Below are positions 1 through 10,964 of a stretch of DNA of 64,000 nucleotides, piece after piece. The translations under genes and the position numbers were made by a program. Positions within the stretch are counted from its first letter, which is position 1; each line of letters starts with the position of its first letter. The stretch is from Haplodiscus bocki (Eukaryota). The notes beneath the pieces were generated by a model, which had not been told where the DNA came from, made no database searches, and saw only the letters and a list, made by a program, of their open reading frames with translations. The stretch is from NCBI GenBank assembly GCA_965655095.1, contig OZ296651.1, positions 24,366,001 to 24,430,000 of the forward strand, given 5' to 3'.

Positions 1-1313
1 AGAAGAGTAATGGTCCCAATACCGATCCCTGTGGTACTCCAGATGTTACAGTCGGCTCATTCGATAACTGGTCACCTATTCGCACTTTCTGTGTTCTTCC
101 TACTAAGTAGTCTTGAATCAGTTCGAATAAAGCTTTGGAGATGGGAATTTATAGTAACTTTTTCATCAGGATACTATGCTTTATTTTGTCAAACGCTTTA
201 GAGAAATAAAAAAAACAAATAAATTAACAGAGTCTCTCGAGTTCAAGTGTGAGTAGATATGAGATAAACTGTATAGTAATTGCAGTACAACTGAACGTCT
301 TGGCCTAAAACCAAATTGGAAACTGCTTATACAATCAGCAAACGCAGTGTAAATTGCTGCAAAGATGAATTTTTTGGGATGTTTTTGGGATTATGTTTAA
401 GAGAGTAACTGGCCTATAGTTCGAAATTTCTCTTCTGTCACCGTCTTTGTATATCGGACTGACAATTCCAGTCTTCCATGCAGATGGAAATTTGCGCAAT
501 CGCTTGATATTACTGAACAAGTTTCGAAGGGACGTAGCGATTGATCCCCCGCATTTTTTAAAAAATATGGGTCGTATCGAATCGTAACCTCTGCTCTTCG
601 AGATGTTAAGTGACTTTAGCTCTGCTTTTATTAAATCTTCCGTTATTATGATGTCATTTTCCCCAAAATTATGCTGTTCGCTTGGTTCGAAGTATTCGTA
701 ATCGTCATCAGTCACTACCGTAGCAAAGTAATTATTAAAAAGGTTTGCTTTCTCGACATCTGTGCTAGCTTCCCTTTTCAAGCTTTCAGATTTTATGACT
801 GGCGGTAGACTGTCTTTTTTCAGACTTTTCAAATATTTAAAATTCGTTCTTTAAGTAAAACTTTAACTTTTGTAAATCCTCAATAGATATCTGGTATTTG
901 CTTCCCGCCGGAGGATTGTAGAGAACTGCGATGTACAAAGGTTCTAAGCCAATTAGCTTAGTAACGCGAAGTGAAGATTGAACTGATAAGGGTAATTCAG
1001 CCACACTAACTTCCTCGGTTTTGATTGTTTTCTTCACAGCTATCAGTACACCGCCATGGCGAGACGCATCTGATTCAGTTGGTTAATCGCTTTGTATCTG
1101 ATTCAGTTCGTCTGATTCAGTTGGTCTTTCGCCTCGTATAATATCATAATCGGGAAGAAACAGTTCAGCAAGTTTTATCTCAGTAGTGAGCCATGTCTCA
1201 GTTAAAAGTAAAACGTCAAAGTCAAGTCTGTAGACATAGTCAGCAAATTTAATTCTTTTGTTCAAGTCGATCAAGCTTCTTACATTATATAGCAAGATAT
1301 TGATTGATTTCAG
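1..1313 (-). pseudogene. LINE ORF2 (apurinic endonuclease + reverse transcriptase), disrupted
   Basis: ORF pieces 1083-1295, 837-1037 and 335-832 plus hand translation of 1-330. Lesions: a 42-bp insertion with a stop at ~1083, an internal deletion at ~835 (APE GDFN and SDH motifs absent), and frameshifts near 370 and 210. Confidence 0.92.
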
Positions 1314-2322
1314 TCAGAATTCATTTGCAGCAGCATTTGCAGCGTTTGAATCTGTTTTTCTGTGGCGCTTTTGAACCTGTAGCTGAGTTGCAGTTCCCTT
1401 AATTGTGTGTCTATAGTTTATTGAGTCGTCTCCGTCCTTCTTTTTAGCTTCATCAATCATTGAATTTATTTTTTCACGGGTCTGTCTTGAATAGTCATGA
1501 GAAACACTGATCAGTTGGAATTTCAATTCTGCTCCTTTCAAATTTCTCAATGTTCTAAAGATGTTCACTTTATCCTTTTTCTCTTTAAGGACAATTTTTA
1601 GCGGTCTGGGTCTTGGTGTGTCTTCATTGCTAATTTTCCCAAATCGTAAAACTTTGTGTTTGGTTTTCATCCAGTTCGATCCTTAAGCCCTTTGCGCAAA
1701 ATTGAATAAAGACTTGTAGTTCCTCACTTTCTCTTCGCTTTGGGGTTTCGAGTTTGCTCTCTGGAACATTAAAGAGAACCAGATTGTTCTCCCGTTTCTC
1801 ATTGTCCTCCTTTTCTTGTTCCTGCTGTTGCAGAGTTTCTTTCATTTTTTTCTTCATGTTTGGTATAGGAGGCGGTACATTGCTTTTTTGCCATGATGTC
1901 TTGATTTGCTCCGGTATTTGCTGCTGTTTTGCAATGACTAAATTGATTTTGTTCTCAAGCTTTTGTTCAATATGCAATATTCGTTCTTCAATGAATTTCT
2001 GCATTGTGTTTTCAAGCTTATTCTCATTCAGTTGTCGTTCAGTTAACTGCCCTTGTATGCAGTCCAACTTACTGCCTATTTCATTAATATCATCTGGTCC
2101 ATTTCTTAGAAGTTTTTTACCACTCTCTTCGCAGTCTTTACACAACCAAATGAGTCCTGAAGTTTTTTGCAGACATATAAGGACATTTGGAGCAATGCCG
2201 GAACATTCACCGGCGTGGTACAGGCAACCACATTTAAAACAAGAAACTGATCCATCTTTGCATTCAAGATTACAGGTACCGCATGGGTACTTCGTTGATT
2301 GAATTCTAGCTTTATCTCCCAT
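1314..2322 (-). pseudogene. LINE ORF1: PHD finger, coiled coil, L1-ORF1-like C-terminal region (one frameshift near 1660)
   Basis: CGTC..CFKC..YHAGEC..WLCKDC PHD pattern, KRENNLVLFNVPES, then RFGK...PRPRPLKIVL and ISVSHDYS in the overlapping ORF 1314-1670. ATG at 2322. Confidence 0.88.
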
Positions 2323-2346
2323 TTTCAAAGAGTACAAGGAGTACAG

Positions 2347-2489
2347 GCCCCTTCCTACCAGTTAAGGTTGGGAAGGCACTTGAACTTATAACAAAAGATA
2401 AACAGATCGAATAACTGTATTATTTAGAACTCGTTTGATTTCGTTTGTTGTTTGAGCCCCATCCTACCAGTTAAGGTTGCGAAGGCACT
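2347..2489. repeat. Two 34-bp direct repeats (2347-2380, 2456-2489; 2 mismatches) with stem-loop potential
   Basis: GCCCC(T/A)TCCTACCAGTTAAGGTTG(G/C)GAAGGCACT read directly at both positions. Confidence 0.95.
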
Positions 2490-2523
2490 CTAAACAAAAT
2501 CAAACAACACAATCAAACTTTAC

Positions 2524-3159
2524 CTATTTAGCTGATTCTTTCTTCCGTTTAGCTTTTTCTCTTTCTTTCTTTGATGGCTTGTTTTTCTTCTTTGGCTTGA
2601 ACGGTTTCGACTTCTTCTTGTTACTCTTAAAAAGATTTTTTAAGTTCTTTCTGTGCCGCCAAACAGTTGAGAGCAATCGGGCTTCGAGTTCAGTGGACGG
2701 GTGGGTTTGTTTCAGGTCGTGCAGAACTATGAAATCTTTACTCATGCGATGGGATAGAAGGTTTGATTTAACGTCTAGTATGGTAATTTTGCTCTCCAAC
2801 AATCTGCGAAAAATGTCAGGGGCTCCTTCCCGTCTACAATAAACTATGGCTTCGATTCTATGACTGAAGTCACGCAGTATTTGGAGTACCTTTTCAACAC
2901 TTATGGCCCTGTAGTTGTTGCTTCGATGTTTGCTAATCGAATTGTTTATAATGTCGTGCCAAACTATCACTTTATACTTTCTGGCAAGTATACCCCTTCC
3001 TGTCAGTAGATTTTGTAACACCTTCAATGGGTTTTTAGCGTTCCAGTTGAAGCTGAGCCCTCCAAGGCTGTAACTTCTGCCAAATAATTATCTCCTGAAT
3101 TTGTAGGGTACCCTTCCGATTGTAGCGTTCAGCGAAGTTGCTCCAATTATATAAACCAT
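2524..3159 (-). pseudogene. SGNH/GDSL-fold-like ORF (~211 codons) with Lys/Arg-rich tail; one premature TAA at codon 24
   Basis: Extending ORF 2524-3027 upstream in frame gives MVYIIGATSLNATIGRVPYKFRR*LFGRSYSLGGLSFNWNAKNPLKVLQNLL...KVIVWHDIINNSI...THPS. The spacing resembles SGNH blocks I, II, III and V. The fold assignment is inference. Confidence 0.55.
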
Positions 3160-3584
3160 AAATGCCGGCCTCTAAAATCCCTTTCACGTAAGGGCTCTCC
3201 AGTATCCGGTCTTTTCAATCAAGTACTGAAACTATTTAATAAGCACACTGAAAACTATAAAACCTCAATTTTCCATCAGCATTCTTGCATCAAATTCTTT
3301 GGAGGAAAACTGAGAGTGGGGGGGTTAAACGAGAGCTGAGCCGAGTTCGATTATCTTCTTTTCAACAAAAGCGCCGAAAATTTAATCATACTGTCGATGA
3401 CAGATTCTCCGATTTGGCGGTTGTTTTCTCCAGCAAGGTAAATTGGCAAAGTTGGCGGATACCACGATGTATTTACAGACGCGAAGATCAAGCAAGCGAA
3501 AAGCAAGGCCGTTCTGGCCATTCCTCTTCCAATCAGTCAAATCTGTCAACTTGCAGAGATTGAAACAAGCCATTGTAACAGACT

Positions 3585-3880
3585 GCTTAGTGTCACGCTC
3601 TGGTTATTTAAAAAGAGCGTGCCACCCAAATTTAACAAACCGATTGAAGCTCAATGTCTGCGCTGCCCATAGAGGGACTTTTCGGCGCTTGGAAGTTGCA
3701 TGTTCTCCTATACCGAAATTGTATAGGTTTAGGGTGAGTGGAAAAGAAGATACGAGGCTTCGATGAGACCTTACACCTGCAGGCTCATGTCGGTTTGGAA
3801 ATCAAAGCTTTTACTGGGATTAGAACCGGCGACCTACGGACTCAAAACCATTCAGTCCTACTGACAAGTCAACGGTGATA
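3585..3880 (-). mobile_element. Possible tRNA-derived SINE (tRNA-like head plus stem-loops)
   Basis: Minus strand 3880-3812 reads ...GAGTCCGTAGGTCGCCGGTTCTAATCCCAGT (B-box-like). Hairpins follow at ~3765-3787, 3707-3728 and 3590-3625. Confidence 0.35.
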
Positions 3881-5469
3881 TCATAAGTTGAGCAAGATTT
3901 ACTGGCTAAAATTGGTCCTGTAGCAGGGAGGCTTAAGAAAAACGAGCCACGGTAACAATCAACGCTATAATTAGTTTATAAAACGCCGATTGAAAATAGA
4001 GTGACTACAACAATCAATTTTTTCTTCCAAAGCCAACTAAAAATACACTTTACCTGATTGAGGACATGGTCGAAGAATATAGTCACAGGGGGTGTTTGAG
4101 AATTAGTTTTTGGTTGAGTCTGTTCAAATGACTCGAACACAGCAATAGGCTTCGACAGACACAGATAGGATTCTGAACTGGAAGGAGGCACTTCACCAAA
4201 TGACTGACGAGAGCGTCCACTAGATGATGAACAGAAACTTCGCTCCGACATCTGATTATGTAGTCAGTTCCACTTCATGCTACACTGAAAAATGCCCAAT
4301 TTGACACTTTCAGCACCCATTTTTTCAAACCAAAATCAATCAATAGTTTACAATATTTTCTAATGTTTTTGATTATGAAATTAGGAGAGGCTCGAATATT
4401 GAGGCAGCTGAAGATTAAACTGAACGTCATTTCCAAGCAAAAACTTGTTGACAAACTCCAAATCGGAGGCAAGAAACGAAAAAAAAACAATAGCTTGTCT
4501 TCTTGCAACAGTCATTTTATCCAAAAAAAAACAAAATCGAATCTAAGAGATCACTTCTAAACACACCTCTAGGGCATTAACGGATCGATTGTTAGCCCTA
4601 TGGATAAACAGTTTTGAAGACGAATGCATGAAGGTATGACTTCGAATAACAAAGTGCTTCAAGACTCCTGTCCACAAATCTCTCGAAAACTTTGGACTAC
4701 AACAGAAAAAAGTTTAGTATGCGATAGATTGAAGCCTGCAATTTACACCCATACAAAAATTGGATGCCTGAGGTCTTCTTATACACCAGAGTAAGAAACT
4801 TACAATCTAGCATACAAGAGATCAAACCAACCGAAGAAAGCCATCGGTGCCAGTTTCCCCGCAAAACAAAACCGCTTCGAAAATTTAAAACAGCAATCAA
4901 AAATTAGTATGGATTAGACGGGGGTTTCTTTGTTATGCTATTGCAAAATCCAAGTAATTTGAAGACCTATCTTCCAGGATTGTTTGGAGTTTGATAACCC
5001 ACCATCGACATGCCCCAAAAAACAATTCTCTTGCTGAATAAAATAATAAACAAAAGACCGCATACAAAACTTAGTGTGTGAAGCATTGCAGTCCTCCTCT
5101 GCTGCATTTACAAAATCATGACCCATAAAAAATTGATGAAACATCATCATAACAGCTTGGTTTCATATTTATTCAAAAAAAACCTGTCAAGACTATTCAA
5201 ATAGCAACCCAAACACGGTGACATTGTGGAACCTGCTTGTAATACCTATGCAAAATTTGGATACTTTGGAGACCTAGCTGTTAGAATAAGGGAAATGAAC
5301 CCAATTGTTCAAAAAAAATCAAAAATTGGTCCGTTCGGGTTTCCTTCGCAATAAATCTGGCTAAAAGTCGTGGCACGGCGACTAAAACTTAGACTGTCAT
5401 CTGACTAGATTATCCTAGTTCTGCTTATGCAAAACTTTGGTGGGTTGCAAAATAGGTTTGAAGGATGTA

Positions 5470-5523
5470 AGTAGTAAGGAAAACGGCCGGCCTTTCAACG
5501 GGGGGGGGGGGGTCCTTGTTTCA
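5470..5523 (+). repeat. Left terminal inverted repeat of Polinton
   Basis: AGTAGTAAGGAAAACGGCCGGCCTTTCAACG(G)nTCCTTGTTTCA matches the reverse complement of 19902-19949. Confidence 0.93.
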
Positions 5524-6374
5524 CAACATTTGGACCCCCATTGAAGACAGAAGTTTAAGTTTTCCAAACTACAGGTAAAATCGTAGACATTTTTAGTTTT
5601 ACTTGAACGTCTGTAAGTTCTGGACAAACTAACCTTGAAATTTTGTTGAGGTGTATGACAATTGTAAAGTTGTGGTGGATTAACTGTTACTTTCAATCAA
5701 TCCCAACTTTATTGATAAAAATTTCCCAACTTGTCTGTTGGGAAAAGGAAAGTTAAATTTTTTAACTCCTACGTAACGACGGTGGTAGTGCTTTTGATTA
5801 TACCATACAAAAGTTGATCCCCTCAAGAATTGCCTTCACTAGGCGTTCCTTCACTTTTGTGTTCAACCAAGTTTCTGGTGGTCCCGTCTTCAAAAAAACT
5901 GACAGTACTAACCTAGCAACTCCACCTTGTACTTCCAATTGAAAGGAAAACCAGCTATTCTGTCTCTTCAAAACGCAGAAAGATAAACGTTGAAATATTC
6001 CACGAAATCAATTTTGTTGAGAGCTACTGTGTATAAGTGATAAATATCAAGTCTGACACTTTTTCGGTTTTCGGGGGGGGGGACGTTTCTTCGCAGCGAT
6101 TTTTAAGGCTGCCGTGTCCGAGAAAATAAGTTGAGTCCTGTAGTCAGTGGTTCGAATTCAGTACCTACCACTGCTACAAGCTTTTTATCAAAAAAATCGT
6201 CACAGATGATTAAATTTTAAAAGAATCCAGATTCTGAAGGTCAAGACAAGGGTAGCTCGGTATCGTTTGCTTGGTTGGGTTGAATATCCTCCTCTTTCTT
6301 CGTTTTCTCTCCAGTACAACATATCGCCATTCATTGTTCCGACTAACATCCTGGAACTTTACAATCTCTCGCAG

Positions 6375-9300
6375 CTAGTAATGTCCGAAAGGAAATGTGT
6401 CTACGCCATTCAGCAGAATGTATTGTTCATCATCTAAACAAGTCAACTATTTTTCTGCGGTTTTTAAGGTAAATGAATTATGTTCATCACAGTTTTCTGT
6501 ATGAATCGAAGTTCTGAGTAAAGCATTTGTTGCAAGAATTCGAAGGAAGCCGGGCGCTTCAGTTTTTTCTGGTTGTATTTGGTGGTTCCTCTTGCAAAGA
6601 GTCGGTTTATCTGCCATTAACATTGAAAACAGTTTTCATTTCAGAGCAATGTTACTGTATATTATGTTCCTACTCATTTTTTCTTAATATTTGAATGTTT
6701 CTAGTTTTCCATGTTTGGTGTGCAGCCCATTGTTTTCGTTATTGATTGAGAAGTCATTCTCTTGGTAATTTGTGTCATTGTTTTTGAGGTCTTCCTACGA
6801 ATCCTGCGAATCAATCTCATAAATCAAATAACCTATGTCACAATAAAGCAACAGGATTTGAAAAAATGCTCTCAAGTGTTTGTATTGGAACACTTATATG
6901 TGTCGTTTTGCCAGACGCACATTTGTGTGACCATCTTTTTTAGGTTTTATTCTCGGAGATTTTGTGTGGTATGGAAGTAATTGCTGCTGAATCATTTTTG
7001 AATATCTTGTATGTTTTCTTCATTTACTTGTTTGATTGTTTGAAGAACTGTTTCTCCGTACGAACTCTTTCGATGAGCAATATTTTCGTTCACTTACCTT
7101 CGTTTTTTGTAATGCCGAGTCACTCAACAACTTGTAGAACATTTCAAGTTTGTTGGCGCAGGTTTTCCGTTTCTTAGTGATAAATTGCATGTGATGTTTA
7201 AACCATTTTAGTTGGTCCAATTGTATCACTCGGTGAATTTTTGTGACCTCTAATCCCTGTTTACAGTAAAAATTCAAAGTAAGATAATGCGATGCGCACT
7301 TGGTTGTCTCGTAATGTGTTTGAATCAGCTCCTATTTTTTGTGGAAAATTTTTTGTTCCCAATGAATCCAGCGTATTCCTCTGATTTTACCCGATTCAAA
7401 AAAACGAATCTCCTCTCTGGTTGGAGCCAATGGAAAATCTGAGTGTAAATCGTGCAAAAGCTCGGGATGATGAAGATTCACCTCCAGAGGAAATCAAGTG
7501 AGGAGTCATCTGGTGAAAATTTAATTTCATTGCAGGTTGATTTCGTCGTCTGCTTTGAATACAAAGTTCTTCAAAAGTACAGGAAAAATTTCAATGATTC
7601 GGCCGTTTAATTTGGTCGCATCATTGGAAAAAACAAACGTTTGCTTCACTGAAGGGTCACATGTTGGTAAACATTTCTTGTTCGTTTCAAAAGTACGCTT
7701 TGCAGACACTGAAGATAATACTCCAGGGATCATTTATTCGGCCGTTTTTAAACGTTCTCGTTTGGTAAAAATATCATTTTCAGCGTTACAGATTTTCACG
7801 AAGACTTCCGCAGAAAAATTGGATGCCATTTAGAATTATATACAGTCCAGTCCGTACGTGGCATGGCAAAAGTTACAAACCTCTTTAAAGAAGGACGCTA
7901 AAATCAGAAAATCTGTGTGTGAAAACAAATGTTGGTAGTCGACTAACTTTTTGCAATCAGTTTCTTGGAATACAAGATTTGTATGCTTCAAGTTTCCGTC
8001 AGAATTAGTAACTTATCCACCTTCAAGTGTGTTTCTCCAAAATTCCTTTGGAGGTAGTTCTGCTTCGGAGTAGTTATCGAAAATGTCCAAACTTGTGTAA
8101 AATTAAACGCTTTTCCTTCTCAGTAGATCAATTCCTCACAATGTTTTCTTCACACTGAGTTGACTATCGAGGAATATAAACTGTTCTCTGGGCAAAAAAC
8201 TAAATAGTTTCTCCAGGGACTGTGGCATGAATTTGAAAAAATCCAAGAATCGCATTCCTTCATAAACATTTTTCGTCACTCCATTCCTGTCCACAAAACT
8301 GTTCACCCAGACGGAAAATGTGAAAAAAAGTACTTTTCATCTGTTGTGGAAATCAAAAAGAAACTTGTTGTTCGAATTGCACTTGTTGATCTTTGTACAA
8401 TTATGATGAATGTCATAACTTGCCACGTTGTGTGCAATCACTGGGGTATGTTGATTGACTTTTCTTTAGATTACAATGAGATTGGGCCCAGCCTAAGAAC
8501 TTACCAATATAATGACAATGATCTAAAGCTTCTTCTTGGTCGTTTCTGAAAAGTTTATTGCAAATCCAACTGTCATTGACAGATTCTTTTGGTACTGGAC
8601 GGTTAATTGTGAAAAGTGGGTGGCTTTGTTTTTGGGTAACAATCTCCTTGGCTTATTTCTACAATTTTTTGATAAAGTACTCCAATTAGTTATATTATCT
8701 TTTGATTTTGTATTACAAAACATGGTCAGTACGATGCTCAAAAAAAAGAATTCATATCCAGAGGGGATGTGTTCTTCCAGTTTCAACTGTTCACTAGCAT
8801 GCTGTGCGCAGGCACATGAAAGAATAGGAGCGAGAAGTAATTCAGTGTTGAAATAAAAAACAAGAGATACAAAACAAGTGGCTCTTGTGCTTTCAATTTG
8901 GTGATTCTTTTTCTCGTTATCAGCTAGAACTATGGTAGGGTTTTTTTTGTAACAATAGATTTTTCGAATTTGTAAAAGTTCAATTTAATTACAGGCGTCG
9001 AGATAGTTCCTGCATATTTTGTCATGCGACATACTTTGATTAATTTTGATGAATTTGACGAAGTGTTTAAGTCGATAATCAAAATACGGTGTTCAGTGCT
9101 GTCTGCTAGTAACAAATGCACTATGAGCTCATATCGAGGTTTTGGGACTCTAAAGGCTACCAAGGCCTTTTTTTCGAAGATGAAGGCTTTTACTTAGAAC
9201 TCGTTATTTTTTTCGAAGCGATCAGTTTGATTGAATGGCATTGCCAATGAGAACACACCCAAACGCGTTTTGACTAACGGGTTGATGCTGTGACTATGGC

Positions 9301-10182
9301 TTCCATCGCCGAGAATTTGTTTTGATGAGAGCTTCCTCCCTGAATGGATGGTACGCAGCAGTATAACCTTAGAAAAAAGAGTTTTCATGGGCAATGTTGC
9401 GAATATTGATTAGAGACTCACAATTAGGGAGAGTAGTGGAAAGAGCTATGTAGCGTTGGCCTAGCACTAGTGAAATTTATTTTATTTTTTCAAATAAATG
9501 TTTTTTTCCATCAAACTCCATCCTCTACCATGCGATGCAAAGGTTTACAAAATCAATGTCAGTTGTTCAATCAAACGATAAAAAACGTCATCCGAGTTTC
9601 CAAAAAAAGTAAATAGGTGCGCTGTTTTTGTTGTTGTAAATGGTGAAAATATCTCGTGACGATTGGTTAAACTTCGGTTTCCCTAGTTTAACTTCTGCTT
9701 TTCTTTGAACTTTTGTGCGACCGTCCACAGTTTCTTCTCTAACTAAGTTTTGTATCTGCTCTTTTTCTTGCTCAAACCTTTTTTAAAATAATCAATTGAT
9801 GCAATTTGTCGCCTCAGCTGTTAGATTTTTAATGATCCTGTGAATGCTGTTTCGGTTTGCTTGTAAACGGTGGTATTTTCTTTATCCGCATCGTTTCTTC
9901 GTGAATTTTGTTGGTAAAAAAGAACGCTTTCGACATGATTCAAAAATTTGGCAATATCTTCATAGATAATGGTACAGTAACAACAATGCTTAATTTTCAT
10001 ATCTCCAAGTTTTTGTAAAAAGCGTTTCTTCAAGGAATTTACTGAGAGATTTTTTCAAAGTCACAGTGCGATCCCAAGAATGGTTTACTTTGTAGAAGTG
10101 CTTTGTGCACATATCGCTTGTGTCGGCACAATTTTCTCGGAGAACTATATGTTTTGAAGCAAATATCACAATCCGCACCCAT
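6375..10182 (-). pseudogene. Protein-primed family B DNA polymerase (pPolB) with N-terminal C2H2 zinc fingers
   Basis: Fragments in the expected order: CDICFKTY..CRHKRYVH, ETAFTGSL, HIPSGY, HNVASYD (ExoII-like), GVLSSV...FSNDATKLNG (motif A-like), GLEVTKIHRVIQLDQLKWF, FYKLLSDSALQKT (motif B-like), and C-terminal CLDDEQYILLNGVDTFPFGHY. Confidence 0.85.
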
Positions 10183-10964
10183 TTCGACAAATCGAGTGTT
10201 TCTCAAAATAAAGGTTGCCAAAACGATTTGTCACTGCACTGCAATAAATTGGCGAGACGACAACCAAATATGGTAAGCGGAGGGAGTGACATTTAAATTC
10301 TTGGAAATCTGATTCGATCACTATATATATGGTATCCCAGACGCCGTTTTTTCCTGGAGAACGGTAACCATTTTAGATCGCATACCAAAAGTCTACAAAC
10401 AAATTTAACCATTGTTTGTTAACTGTTTGACTTTATACTGAGATGAGTGAAATGAGTTTTGCGTTTTTTGAAGAAAAGTCTTTCTGAAGGTGCGCCCTGT
10501 GTTCCAATTTCATTTTTCCAAAACGGTCATGCGGACCTGCACGCAAAATTTACCCCGATCGGTGAAACAGTTTTTGGGAGAATTGACATCTTTGTCTCAA
10601 AATCACCAACTTCGTAACATGCTTTCTCTGGCCGAAATCTCAAAAACCATTAAAACAAGCGTCCAGCAGTTTTCACCAGCCGATTCAAGGTCCTCCTTGC
10701 TGGTGGTGTGCAAATTGCTAGCTTTGTAAAAAATTTTAATGTGAAAAATCTTTTTTTTTACCAAAAACAATCAAAAACATTTTGTAAAAGAAATCTTTTT
10801 TCCCATAAGCTCCGAGACTTTTGAAATTTACTAAAAAAAATCTTGGAAAACTCAACTTTCAAAATTACTTTGTTTTAATTTCCTGGTGGTACAGTAAAAA
10901 AAATTTCAAATAGAAAATTCTGAAAATTTTGCTATAAAGTGCTTTAGAATAGTTGGATTTGTCA

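Larger units (their letters stand above)
1..3159 (-). mobile_element. CR1/L2-clade non-LTR retrotransposon (SGNH-like ORF0 + PHD ORF1 + APE/RT ORF2), inactivated, runs off the window start
   Basis: Collinear on the minus strand: PHD finger ORF1, APE motifs (YNVRSL, LTETWL, HGGVLIAVK) and RT motifs (PIYKDGD, NYRPVTLL, QFGFR, FSKAFD, SGVPQGSVLGPLLF at 1-45). The 5' boundary is not fixed, and membership of ORF0 is inferred from adjacency and orientation. Confidence 0.9.

Noticed and set aside
1754-2302. 182-aa plus-strand ORF (also 2477-2842)
   Set aside because: Antisense shadows of LINE ORF1 and ORF0; low-complexity F/S/C content.
2347-2489. CRISPR-like palindromic repeats
   Set aside because: Only two copies, a 75-bp spacer, no cas genes and a eukaryotic context.
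3812-3880. Functional tRNA gene
   Set aside because: No convincing acceptor stem or cloverleaf; treated as SINE-like.
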